Assembly: GCA_024137785.1 (NCBI GenBank)
Contig: JAHRHZ010000248.1
Location: 65,953,274-66,017,273, forward strand
Direction of reading: 5' to 3'
Length of the DNA stretch: 64,000 nt
From: Ginglymostoma cirratum
Lineage: Eukaryota
Part shown: piece after piece, positions 51,181 through 63,049 of the stretch
How positions within the stretch are numbered: position 1 is the first letter of the stretch
Layout of the letters: every line of letters begins with the position of its first letter
Made by a program: the position numbers and the translations under genes
The notes under the pieces: generated by a model
The model's input: only the letters and a program-made list of their open reading frames with translations
The model's database searches: none
Told to the model about the DNA's origin: nothing

Positions 51181-51900
51181 TAATATACTAACAAAGATGT
51201 TAGTTACTGATGGATACTCATTTTGTACGTTTAGTAATCGCAAAAGTGTCCTCTACATATTGGACACAGTTTTTGGCTTGCATAGTCCTGATATTGGGCA
51301 TCCCACTGGTTTTCTGTTGATTTTGTTTGTATATGCCATTATTGAAGGTGAAGTGGGTTGTGAGATACATATGCCAAACAAGACACGTCAGGGAATTCCT
51401 GGAGGCCCAGTATTCTAACCAGAACTCCAACAAACACATTGGTTTGTACATTGGGTCTAATTCATTGAGAAACAGAACTGGAAGTGGTACCAAACAGACC
51501 TATAAATAAACAAACAGGACAGAACACCGCTTCAGCAGAGGCACACTGACAATGTTACCTAGCAGGGTGACGAAATGTCTGCAACCAAACCCACCGGCTT
51601 GGCAAGCACGTCTACAACCTCATTCACAACCCAAGCTACAAATCTTCTCAAACTTTAAATCCTTTCCTATGTTAGGAGAAAGACGTGGGCTGAAGTTTTT
51701 CTAGAGGTGTGGAAGACTCGAGTACAGTAGATTTTTAAGCTGTTACCAACAAGTTACAACTGTTTTCATAGAAATCTCTAAACTTTAAATCATAAGCCTG
51801 GTCAAGAAGACTTCCTAAATGTATAATTTTTCCAGCAGCTTTCATGAAATTTGTAATTCTTGCTGGATTTGCTGATGTAATTATTTTCTTTTTGTTTTAG

Positions 51901-52109
51901 CCCAAGCATGAACATGATATTTAATTGAAATCCTGATTGCTCAAGTCAAGAGTGGAGCAAGCATTGCTACTTTGGAAGAAATTCACACCTTCAATCAAAT
52001 TAACTTGGGGCCAAGAATCAATTTTGACTGTTGCAGGAAAGTGGTGGATGCATTGCTTTGATCATAAATCTGTTCTAAAGGTTTTAACTTAAATGAAATC
52101 CCTACTAAA
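51901..52109 (+). other. MTUS1: 5' UTR part of the first coding exon, containing uORFs
   Basis: Strong acceptor TTATTTTCTTTTTGTTTTAG ending at 51900. A weaker alternative TTGCAG ends at 52036. Confidence 0.6.
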
Positions 52110-54332
52110 ATGAGCTTTCAAGGCAACAATTCCAGCAAGGTGGAGTGTTCAGAAAACGAGAGAAGAAACCACTTTCAACTCCCTGTATTGATCAGTGATC
52201 CGAATGGCAATCAAGTTGCCTGCAGCACAAGAATATCTTCTGAAGCTATCGGTGTTAGAACACCATTGACTAATGGAAGCTGCGAGTGTCCAGATATGCA
52301 GATAAACCCAGTTAATATTGGTGTTGATGTCAGGATAATGGTTTCAGACCAAACAGCTTGTAGGCCTCAGGGTGTGCACAGACCTGAATTGCAACTTGCT
52401 GGTGACTCGCTCTGTGATCATGCAGCACCTATTAGCATGGTTTTCACCAGTTCGCAAAGTCGCTGTTCAGATCATCACAGATGGCTGACTGATAATTGTT
52501 GTCATGCAAGGTGTTCTGTCATATCAGATCCAGGGCAGAGGAAGATGGGACATGAACAAAATACAGTTGATGCAAGACAAATGACTTTAGACCAAACAAT
52601 GAGTGAGTGCCATGTGACAGATTGTGAGTGCAAGTTAAGCTCTTATGTTACCAATGAAGCTCACCTTAAGAGTCTGAAGCATCGTGTTTCAGATGACTGC
52701 TTTAAGTTATGTCAAAGTGTCAATCCTAATGACACAGTAGTGAAAACTGCAATGAATAAGGAAATAAATTTGGAACATTCAGTACCATCTTCTGAATCCA
52801 AGTTAGAAATGAAGCACAATGTAGATGATATGGAATATGAATCTGGTGTGCCTGTTGCTGAATCATCTGTATTTTCAAACAGTTCAGGTTATTCATTTCT
52901 AATGTCAGATCAATCATTAGAGACATTTGAAAATCCAGGTGGGACTGAGACTCGGAATGTTACACGAACTATACATCAACTGTCTGGGGAAGCCAACTTC
53001 AACGTTAAACAGTGTGTACCATTGCAGAAGATTCAGTTGCATGTCTTAGATAAAGTTGAAGAAACACACTCTTTTGACCAGGGTACTGGCCCAGCCCAGT
53101 GCCCCACACTAAATTCACGTCACAATTTTGGAGATCAAGTAGGTGGAACGAGCTACGATAACTTTGATAAAGATGTGAAATCTGAACCAAATGAAACGGT
53201 AGATAGACTGTTACCAGTTCTAAATGAACATTGCAATGAAAGAAGGCCTGTAGCAGAAATGGGTGAATCTAAAGTTTATGAAATGCCAAAAAGCTCCGCA
53301 ATGAACACAACATTCATAGTGTTAAAGGACGTAAGTAATGATTCCAAATTTGAATCTGAAATTGACGGTTGGGTGACTGATGCAAAGGAGCTTGTATCCC
53401 AACCAGAAACATCTGTTGGAGGAAATGTAAGTGATCAAACCTTTTTGGTCTCCAGTCCGGCATTTCATGAACATGATAATTCCGCTTCAAATACGTCGAC
53501 TCCTTTGCCAGATTCCAGGAAAATAGTTTTCTTTGGCTTACCATTTCAGAATCCAGCAGGTTTATCTGACAATGAAAACTGTTGCACCCCTCCAGTGGAA
53601 GAGTCCCCAACTAACATGATTCTGCAGCCAGGTGCTAGGGGTTCTGTGCAGAAGCCAGGGTTCAGAACTAAGTGTAACACCTATATGAAATCAAAATTAT
53701 CAAAAGTGGAAATCAAATCCTATCCTAAACCGAACTTCAATAATGTCAAACCCAAAGTTGTATCTCGAGCTCAGCAAATGTCATCAGTGTCAAAAAGCCA
53801 TATGTCTCCTGTAGCAGGAGTTTCCTCATGTTTTCCAAGGTGCAGCAGTTCCGTCTCATCTGTTGAGTCTCCATGTTCTCTATCTCCTGCACCAAAACAG
53901 AGAAAGGAACAACTTTCACAGTCAGCCTTGAAGCTAAAGTCTGACAATGCACAAGTCCAGAAGATGGTATTTAGGAAGAGAATCTATGCAAGCGAGCAGC
54001 AGACTTTTGCAAAGACAGAAAAGAGAAACTTCAAATCCAGTCGCAGTATCAGCTGTCAAGCCAGAGTACCTTTGACATCTACTACTGTCAATGGAGCTGA
54101 AAGTCAAGTGTTTAGCTCACTGCACATGGCCAAGGCATGGCCTCCTGTGGGAGCGAATGCATGTGAACTTAAAGCTCATCACTGTGGAGTAGAAGACATC
54201 AATCTGTCAAAGCAGATAATTCCAGGAGTTAAACCAAGGCCACGATGTAGCAGCTTGGCAGGCGAGACAGATGACCTTCTGCTTAGCGGTAACTGTCCAG
54301 CAGCTGCTGCTTGTGAAGTTCACACCATTCAA
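52110..54332 (+). CDS. MTUS1: Microtubule-associated scaffold protein 1 (MTUS1/ATIP3-like), large first coding exon, 741 codons
   Basis: The only long non-TE ORF. KVEIKSYPKPNFNNVKPKVVSR matches my recollection of human MTUS1 KTEIISYPRPNFKNVKAKVMSR. ISDPNGN, ETFENP and TSTPLPDSRKIVF are colinear with recalled human motifs. Phase-0 donor CAA/GTAAGT at 54332/54333. MTUS2 is not formally excluded. Confidence 0.85.
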
Positions 54333-56565
54333 GTAAGTGATCGTTTATTTACAAACCCCACAGACACTTTTGGGAAACTTTTTTTTTCTTGTGAATCAAT
54401 GCAGCTGTCAGTATTAAGTATTTAATTGCATTGTGGCCAATCCATGATTAACCGAAAGTGTTTACCTTAATTCTAAACTGAATTTATTGTTTGTTTAAAT
54501 TAAAGTATGCAATTTAAGGAATGGATTACTGCTCATATTGTGTTTTTTTTAATGTACCTTTTTCTGCTTGGCTGACACACTTGAATCTGAGTTCTTGTCT
54601 GCCAGCCTTAAGAAGGTATGGTAGTTAATTCAGAAATGTGTAACAAGGCAATATTGGATGATGTTTGAACTAACAATGTTGGATAAATTATTAATATTCC
54701 AGTTTAAATGGAAACCGTGTATAAGGGCTGCTTCCTGTCTGAGATTTATCTAATTGGGCAAGTAACATTGGCCTTTTAGAGAAATTACTTGGGAATTTGA
54801 TTCCTCCATCATGGGCTCAACCATCACTTACCTATGCAAGGGGTGGGGGAGGATGCAAAAGAGAAGGATGTGGGGTTATGAGGAATCTGGGCAAAAATTT
54901 TAGTACAAATTGATGCAGCAGTGATATGGGAAACAAGTATCCGTTTTAGGAAAGCAGTTTTGGAACATGGTGAATCAAACGCTGTGTAGCATGCTGGCAT
55001 GTGTTTTGAGTTTTGGAAAGAAGTTAAGTTCTGGGCAGATTATTAAACCAGCAAATTGCGCCATGTGTATGTGAGATCACAATGTGGAGCAAGTCACTCT
55101 GCCACTCGAGTTGATCTTGACTAATCAGAGCCTATCTTTTAAATACATTTGGCCTGTCTATCTTGACACTTAAATCTAAATCAAGGCCTGTCAAACTGAG
55201 CTTTCTGGATGTCTAATTTGAGGTCAGCCTGTACTACACTCCAACAGGTCCATTGATTAGTGACCTCTAAAAGAAAATAAACAAACTTTTTTTTATGCTC
55301 CTCAGTCTTAAATGGAATACTTCTTCTTCTTCTTTTTATTCATCAAATGTGCCCTCATACATTCCTCCTACATCCCCACCTGCCCTAACCCCACTGAGAA
55401 TAGCATCCCGTCAGCATTATTAACTGTCTCCACAGATTTGACTTTCTCAAGCACTGTTTTTAGTTTCAGGTCTCCAGCATTCACAGAATTTTTGCCTTCT
55501 ATTTTTCAATATCACCCCTGTCAAGTTTCTTTCATGACTCTCTCCTTTGTATGTTTTTTTAAAAGAAAAGTCCTTTTTGCATGGTAGATTGTCATGAATA
55601 TAGCCCCAAATTGTGCAACCTGTCCAGTCAACCCTTTCACCCCAGGAATCCACCTAGGAGGTCTGAACTGGTTCCATTAAACAGTCTTTTAGTCTGGTGT
55701 GTGTGTGTGTGCCAACAGATACGCAGTGCGATTTTCCCCACATTTTATAATACAGCCATATTACAAGAAAGACTGACATTGTATCTGCATGCAGATGCAG
55801 ATTTGACCATTTTTGATCTACAAGGATACTAAATCTGTTGAATGACCGTTTTCTGTACGTTTACATCAGCTTTTTGAGCTTGTCTGAGCAGCCCCCACCC
55901 CCCTCCCACATGTTGAGCTACACAGGCCCAAAACTTTGTGCATTATAATCAGTTCAGGTAATTCACAAGATTTGATCCCTGGGCTAAAGTGATTGTCTGG
56001 AAAGCAATGCTGTGCTTGCTCTCGCTCTTGCTCTCGTGCTCTCTCCTCCTTCCCCAGCTATTTTTAGCTACCATGCTTCAGTTTATTACAAAATTCAATT
56101 TTGTTCTAACTGTTTAGGCCCAGCACTAATCCCTGTGGTGGGCCAGTTGGTAAATCTTTCCAACCTGGAAATGACTCACTCATTGGTATTCTCAGCTTCC
56201 TTCTTTATCCTGTTAGTTTGTTAGTCCCTACACAGTGAGCTGCTTTTTTTTTTGTTATTGAATCCGTTCTGGAAAATAAGTGTGCCACATCCACAGGTTC
56301 CCCTTGATCCATGTTGAAGACTGCATAAGTTTGTGGATAGCAGCAGAATATTCCATATGCTTAAGGGAGCTTTCAGTGTTTCAAGCACTGAATCTTTACT
56401 CAGTGTGCTTAGACAAGAAATGGAAATTGGGAAGGTTGCCAGTTGCTGCAGGCATAGTTTAACAGCAGGTTTCCATAAATAGCTAATGAAGTAATATCTT
56501 GAAGGAAAACGAGGAAACTTGCAGGATGTATGTCCTCTGTTGCCCAAAATAACTCTTTTTTGCAG

Positions 56566-56782
56566 GCTCCTTTAACAAAATCATCAGCACCCAGCGTCAC
56601 ACGGGTTCCAGTTGGACAGAAGCCATCCCTTGGTGGTACTACTAAGAGCCAGAGTGTGCCGTCTCCATCTGCAAAGTTAAGAACGCTGTCTTCTACATCC
56701 ACATTGCAACAAGGTCGTGTGAACCATAATGGTCATGCTGGAAATATGCGTAGTTCAAAAAGTAAACAACCATTGATCTCTG
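56566..56782 (+). CDS. MTUS1: MTUS1-like second coding exon, Ser/Thr/Lys-rich
   Basis: Acceptor CTCTTTTTTGCAG ending at 56565. Phase 0 matches the upstream donor. Open frame APLTKSS...KQPLIS, then donor TG/GTAAGA at 56782/56783 (phase 1). Confidence 0.8.
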
Positions 56783-58199
56783 GTAAGAATCTGTTTTTAG
56801 TGTACGTTCTTAACTTTATGCAGTTTCACTGAAGCTAATGGAAGCATTGACTGAAATTACCGAAGTTGATTACCTTATCTAAATATTTCAGCATCTGAAC
56901 GAGACTAAAAATGATATTTTCTAGAATTGCCACTGACTAGAAAGATGGAAACCATTGCAGACTAGCTTGTCATTCTGTCGGAGCAGTCTTGCTGTCTTGC
57001 AAAACCTTAAGCTCCAAACTTCTACAAAGTACAAGAGTCTTCTCCATCAACACCGTTGCATTTTTTTTTTACAGCATTTGGAAAAAGTGAAAGCCTATTT
57101 TTAACTGAGGCAAATCTGTACTGGTGGTCTTGAGCTTCTCAACTTGTACTACAGATGGGGCTATGGCATAGTGGAAAAAACATGGAAATGATAGCAAGTT
57201 TGAAATCAAATTGAATATGGCTGTTGATATATTGTATTCTTTAACTGCCAATAAGCATTTTTAAACAATTTCTGAAGCATTGTTGCACAAAAATTAGACA
57301 CCACCTACATCAATTCCATTTGGAAGATATTGTATTTGAAAAGTCATAGAAAAACATTTTAATAGCTGTTTGTTACATTTTCAAATCCTGGTTATTGCTC
57401 ATGTCGTGTCATTGAAGCAAACAAAGGCTGAAAACTCTCACCTGGAGGGCGATTTCTTGTCTGTTTCAGAGCATTGTTATGCTTCTCTCAATTCCATTGC
57501 AAACACTTCACATTGAAAAGTGTGTTTGATACTTAACATCCTTTTTGGCATTGGCAATAACAGTGCAGGCTATTTACTAACTGTAAATGCTTGAAACTGT
57601 CAGATAGAGGTTGCCTTTTGATCATTTTTTTGAAAAGAGGCATAGAATCTTTATTTCCAATGTTCGTTTTTTCATTTTCAACACAACCTGAGCCTCAACA
57701 TGTCTCTCTCGACTGCTGGTATTTAGTGCTCAATCACTTTGTTCTGTCCCCCTTTTTATTTGAAGTACTCTTTCTCTGATACCCTGATACTGTACTTGAA
57801 AGGTAGTGTTCTCTGCATTCCTCTCTCAACCTGTGCATGGAACCATTTCTCATCACTTTATTCTAACTTCCATCTCACTGCCTGGGCATTTTATTCGAGT
57901 AGGTGTTGCTGGCGAGAGTCCAACCATGACGACCTGCAACGTTTGTGGTAAACAGCAGTCTGTGGGGTGGAGTGAAATCCAGAATTATTACCCAGTGATA
58001 GTGAAGGAATGTGGTCTAGTTTGGTCAGGATGGTGTGTGGCTTGGAGGGAAATTTGCAAGTGGTGGTAGTCCTGTATATCTAGTGCCCTGGCCTTCTAAG
58101 TGGCAGAGTGTTTGGTTTGGGAAGCTGCTATCTAATGAACCTTGAGCATCTACAGTGCGTCTTGTCATTGTACACACTCACTGTTTTGGTAAGGGATAC

Positions 58200-58310
58200 C
58201 AGTGCTGAAGAACGTTCACTGGACCTGAAATGTTAATTTTGGTTTCTGTCAACAGATGTTGCACAACATGCTGTGATTTTTTTTCCAGCATTTTCTGCTT
58301 TTGTACTTAA
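58200..58310 (+). mobile_element. Decayed PLE-derived short element
   Basis: CTGAAGAACGTTCACTGGACCTGAAATGTTAA...CAGATGTTGC...TTCCAGCA resembles family 2. Confidence 0.5.
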
Positions 58311-60503
58311 TTTCTTCTTGACAGACTTAAGGAATTTTGTTTGTACCTGACAAACGAGATGACAATTTTTGCAGTCAAGTGGGAGTAAGGGTAAGATAAA
58401 AGAAAGGGCCCCGATTCTATTCAGTTAAAATATGTCTGGGTAGCTCTTACCTGTGATTTGCACATCTATCCCAATGTGGGAAATCTACAAAGTCCTTGTG
58501 GTCTGGGTGGTGGGTGAGCAAGAGGTACCTCTGGTTAGATCAATGCATGCCCTGTGTTTTGAGGCTCAAGCGGTAGCTGGAGGCACATGCAAATACGTGA
58601 CTTGTAGTAAATAAGGTGGGAGAGTTGGACTGATTCTAACACCACATTGCATTGTGACAGAGACCTGGCTCAAGGAAGGGCAAAATTGCATGGTAAATAT
58701 TTGAGTATAAGTTCGGGAATGGTAAAGGAGAAGCATTAGTATTTAAGAAGGGTCTTGAGTCCTGGAGAAGGAAGATGTTGGAGTTCAAGAGCAGTCAATT
58801 TGGCTACAGCTATGGATAAAGGGTGAAATTTCATTGGTTGAGGTAGTCTACAGACTACCAATTAATGCAAAGAACATGGAAAGGTTAAAAGGAACAAATC
58901 TGCAGTGCAATGCCCAGGTTAAGAGTAGATACAATGGGGAACTTCAAACACTCAAATGTAGACTGTGAGATACTGGTAGTGTACATGCAGCCAGGGGCAG
59001 TGTTCCTAGATTGGTTTCAGGAGCGTTTCCCACAGCAGGGGTCCCATCCAACAAAGATTTTGGATCTGATCCTTGGAAAGGAAATGCACGAAGTGATTCA
59101 AGTGTCAATGGGTGAACACTTTAGGGACAATAAACATTGTATCGTAAGGTTCTGGATGGTGTGGGAGAATTCTGACTCTAGATTGTTTTAAGTCCGTCAA
59201 AGTCAAATGACAGAACTGACTTTTAATGGAGCAAGAACAGAGCTGAACAGGATTGATTTGGAAGAAGAGATTGGTGGGAAAGCCATTAACTGAGCCATCT
59301 TGAAAGAGCAGCTGCTTGGGTACAGTCAAGTTCTATTCCCTCTAATGAAAAAGTTAGGATAAACAGTGTCAAGGATGACAAAGGTGGAAATGGACATGAA
59401 AAAGAGTGCATTTATGGCCAGTGAGAGATTGAGCTTACGTGGCTGATTTGTAATGCAAGAGGTAACCATTAAAGGCTCCCATCACAGAGGGTATGGTGAC
59501 CCTCTAGTTAAACTACCACTAGTCATCTCTGAAATGAGGAAGGAGCATGTACAGTCTTTTGAGTATAGCAACTTTATAATAAGACAGACAATTGGGAATA
59601 AACAGGAATCCTGGCAGTTTGGGGTAGGGGATGGGAGAGGTGAAAAAGCCAATAAGAAACTCTGACAAAAGGCTAGTAGCTATCATAAAAGGAAATCCCA
59701 AAATGTTCCATCAGCAGATAAATAGGAAATGGGTTAAAGGAAGAGTGAGGCCAATCAGTCCAAAAAATGGATTTATAGATGGAGGCAGTGTCCATGGCTG
59801 AGGCATTATATGCTTTATATCTCTTTTTTACAAAAGAGGATACTGCCCAGGCCACAGTGACAGAAGGCATCTCTGACACTAGAAAGATCAAAGTTATTGA
59901 GGGAAAAAGTCTTTGATAGATCCTTGGCAATTAAAATTGACAAGGTGTCAGGTCTGGCTAAGGTGCATCTGTGGATTTTGAAGGAAGTGAGGGTAGAATT
60001 GGAGAGGCATGGGCCATAAATGTTCAGTCATCTTAGTCTTGGGAGGTACCAGAAGACTGCAGAATTGGAAACATTGCAGCTTTGTTCAAGTCTGCAAGGA
60101 TAAGCCCAGCAGTTGCAGACCTGTTAAAGTTTGCTGGTGGGGAAAACTCCTAGAAGCAATTAATTTTGGATAGAAAAGCATAAGTTGATCTGGAAGAGGC
60201 AAGATGAATTTCTAAAATTGCTCTGTTGCATACATGCATTTGATAAAGTGCTACAAGAAAGTTGCAGGCACGGAATAAAAAGGGCAGTAGCAACGTGAAT
60301 ACAAAATTAGCTGAGTGATAGGAATCCATAATGGTCAATGGATATTTTTAGGCTGGAGAAAAGACTGTCCCTCGGACCCTTCTGATAAATTATCAATGAT
60401 ACAAATCTTGGTGAACAGTGGACAGCCTCCAAGTTTATAGATGACAAGCTAGGAAGAATTGTAAATGAAGAGGACAGTGGTGTTTTGAAGGTTGTCTTTG
60501 TAG

Positions 60504-60812
60504 TTCATGGGATGAGGGTGTCACTGGCTAGGCAGCATTTATTGCCCATCCCTAACAGCAGAGTCAACCACATTGTGGGTCTGGAGTTACATGTAGGCCA
60601 GACCAGGTAAGGATGGCAGTTTCCTTCCCTAAAGGACGTTAGTGAACCAGATGGGTTTTCCCTGACAATGAACAATGGATTCATGGTCATCATTAGATTC
60701 TTAATTCCAGATATTTTATTGAGTTTAAATTTCTCCATCTGCTCTGGTGGCATTCAAACCTGGTCTCTGGATTAACAGTCCAGTGATAATACCACTACGC
60801 CACTGCCTCCCC
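60504..60812 (-). mobile_element. tRNA-derived SINE (non-HE1 family), well preserved
   Basis: Minus strand begins GGGGAGGCAGTGGCGTAGTGGTATTATCACTGGACTG and is homologous to 18262-18589. Confidence 0.85.
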
Positions 60813-61214
60813 TTTATGGATCATTAAGGTCGAGAGAGTGGATAGGTGGCAAATGACTTGGAATGCAGGAAAATGTGACGTGATGCACTTTGGTACATAG
60901 AAAACCAATAAAATGGGGGTATAATTCTAGAAGGGGTGTAGGAGCAAAAGAAACCTGGTGCACATGTGCACACATCAGTGAAAGTGGTAGGACAAGTGGT
61001 GAGAACAATTAAGAACACCTTTTATTGGCTGTCATAGGGGCATAAGTACAAGTACAAGAACAAGGTAATGTTGAACTTGGATAAGACACTTAGACCTCTG
61101 GAGTATTGTATATAGTTGTAAGGCCACATTACAAGAAATATTTGAATTCATTGGAGAGCAAGAATGGTTTGTGGAATGAGGAATTTAAACTGAGGACAGA
61201 TTGAAGAAGCCGGC

Positions 61215-61500
61215 AGATAGCAAGAGCTGTAGATGCTGGAGCCTGAGATAACAGTATGGAGTGACAGGACTGTTTCGGGTCGGGGGCCCCCCTTCCATCT
61301 CCCCATTTCTCGAGGGGGAGTGGAGATGGTGATAGGTGAGTGCAGGTAGGGAATGGTTGGGATTGGTCAGTGAGGTGGGAGGGGTGGATAGGTGGGAGCG
61401 AAGATGGGCAGGTCATCAAGTCGAGGTGTGGATGAGAGGGATGGTTGGACATGGGATGGGGCTGGGGTTGGGGAGATTTTAAAACTGGTTTTTCAGGTCT
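61215..61500 (-). mobile_element. Decayed PLE 3' fragment
   Basis: GCTGTAGATGCTGGAGCCTGAGATAAC, a G-rich tract and GGGAGATTTTAAAACTGG resemble 25700-26100. Confidence 0.7.
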
Positions 61501-63049
61501 GGGAGAGGGAGGTTCTAAGATTGATTGTAGTGCCAGAAGATGCTGGTGCATTGCATTGTTTACTTGACCCAAAGGGAAAACAGTTTTTGGAAGCTCTGGA
61601 TGTTGTGTATGTGGCACTGTTTCTTTTCCTTGGGGATGACAAGGCTAAGAGGAGATTTGATAGAGGTTTTCAAAATCCTGTTTTTGATTTGGGCTGTCCA
61701 GTAGGGAGAAGATGCTTTAAAATTGAATAGAATAAGGGCACCCATTTCAAGTGATATGCAGCTGGAGTAAGGATAGTATGAGGAAAACTTTTTGGGGATG
61801 CACTGTCAGGAAATGTGGAGGCGGATTCAATTGAGGTATTCAAGATGACATGGATGACTTAAATAGAAATGGGATTTTAGGGATATGGCAGGGGTGAAGC
61901 AAAGGTTTGCACAAGATAATGGGACTGGTGCAGGCATGATGGGTTGAATGGCCTCCATCTGGAGTATAATTGTGATTCCATAATTTACCTGTGTGCCACC
62001 GTTTGCAACGGCATGTGGTAATCTCAGTGCAGTTTATTTCTTGGGCTGTCAATTGTACAAGTTTCACATGTTCCTATTAGTTTAAGTTTGAGTCATGAGG
62101 GTTGTGGGTGATTTTGTTTAATATATGGATAGAGTAATTTGACACTATTGAAATCAGTATGTTTAATTGTTGGAAACTATGTACAGGAAGATAAATCAAC
62201 AGTTGAATGCATTGTATTGCCATGTAAAGATGAGATATGGTTGCAAGTGGTTGGTTATAAACATCAAAGCAATGATAAGTGTCCTTGATGTTGTTTTTAA
62301 TCTATTGTAACTGTTCTTGTCAAATTTCCCTGTAATTCTGCCACCAGCAATAAAACAAAGCCTGGGTTTGCAACACAAGTTGTGTTCTGCTTGTAATTAT
62401 GTAGTCCAAAAGTGCAAAATGACCAGAAGGATTTGGAGGTGATTTTTAAAACCAGCTGCTTTAATCACTGCTGTATGATATTTGTCAGACCAAAAATCCT
62501 TTGAGGGTGGGATTATGCTTTAACTTGTGGCATGGAAATCATCGACATGATGCTATGACACTTACTGACTGAATTCACATTTCTTGCATTTTGGTTTTAA
62601 TATTTTCAGCACTTCTGGAACTCTTGAATTCAACACTTCCATGTCTGGGATATTTATTTAATGCTCAGCCAATCAAATGAGATTGTATTGGGTTCTCCAG
62701 TGCAATTTGCTTGAAGCAGGGAGAAAACACTAAAGACATTTTAAGATAAAGTTGCTGTTAAACTTTGCAAAAGCATGCTGAAAATGCTAATTGTGGAAAA
62801 AGCATGTTGGAGGGCAGCCTTCATCTCAATAGTCACATCCCAGATCTCTCAAGGACCATTGAGTTTACACTGACTGTCCATTGGCAAACCTTTGGTCATG
62901 TTCTTTAAAAATGCTTTTTTCACCTTCTCAAATCTTTTATTTGACTCCTCTTAAATGCTTGATAAGCCTACATTCAGTTGCCAAGCACTTGGTGTTGGAA
63001 GTTGACATAAATGTAAAATACATCAAAGGACAATAGATGGTTGAGAGTG

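Larger units (their letters stand above)
49490..51655 (-). mobile_element. Old Penelope-like element (family 3) with inverted pLTR, split by a CR1
   Basis: Minus-strand QYVEDTFAITKRTK (YVDD-like), ILTGIKFTK and a decayed GIY-YIG (YKIPCKD, HIGQT). 51371-51625 on + is an inverted copy of 49490-49745. Confidence 0.8.
58600..61975 (+). mobile_element. Long, heavily decayed CR1 ORF2 with nested SINE and PLE pieces
   Basis: VTETWLKEG (APE), MGNFKHSNVD and LDLILG motifs, RT remnants, and a tail near 61930-61975. Confidence 0.7.

Noticed and set aside
54333-54425. Last 30 codons of the 771-aa ORF (VSDRLF...SVLSI)
   Set aside because: Read-through past the consensus donor GTAAGT at 54333. Treated as intron.
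56530-56832. 100-aa ORF as a stand-alone gene
   Set aside because: Better explained as an internal exon (56566-56782) with intronic extensions on both sides.
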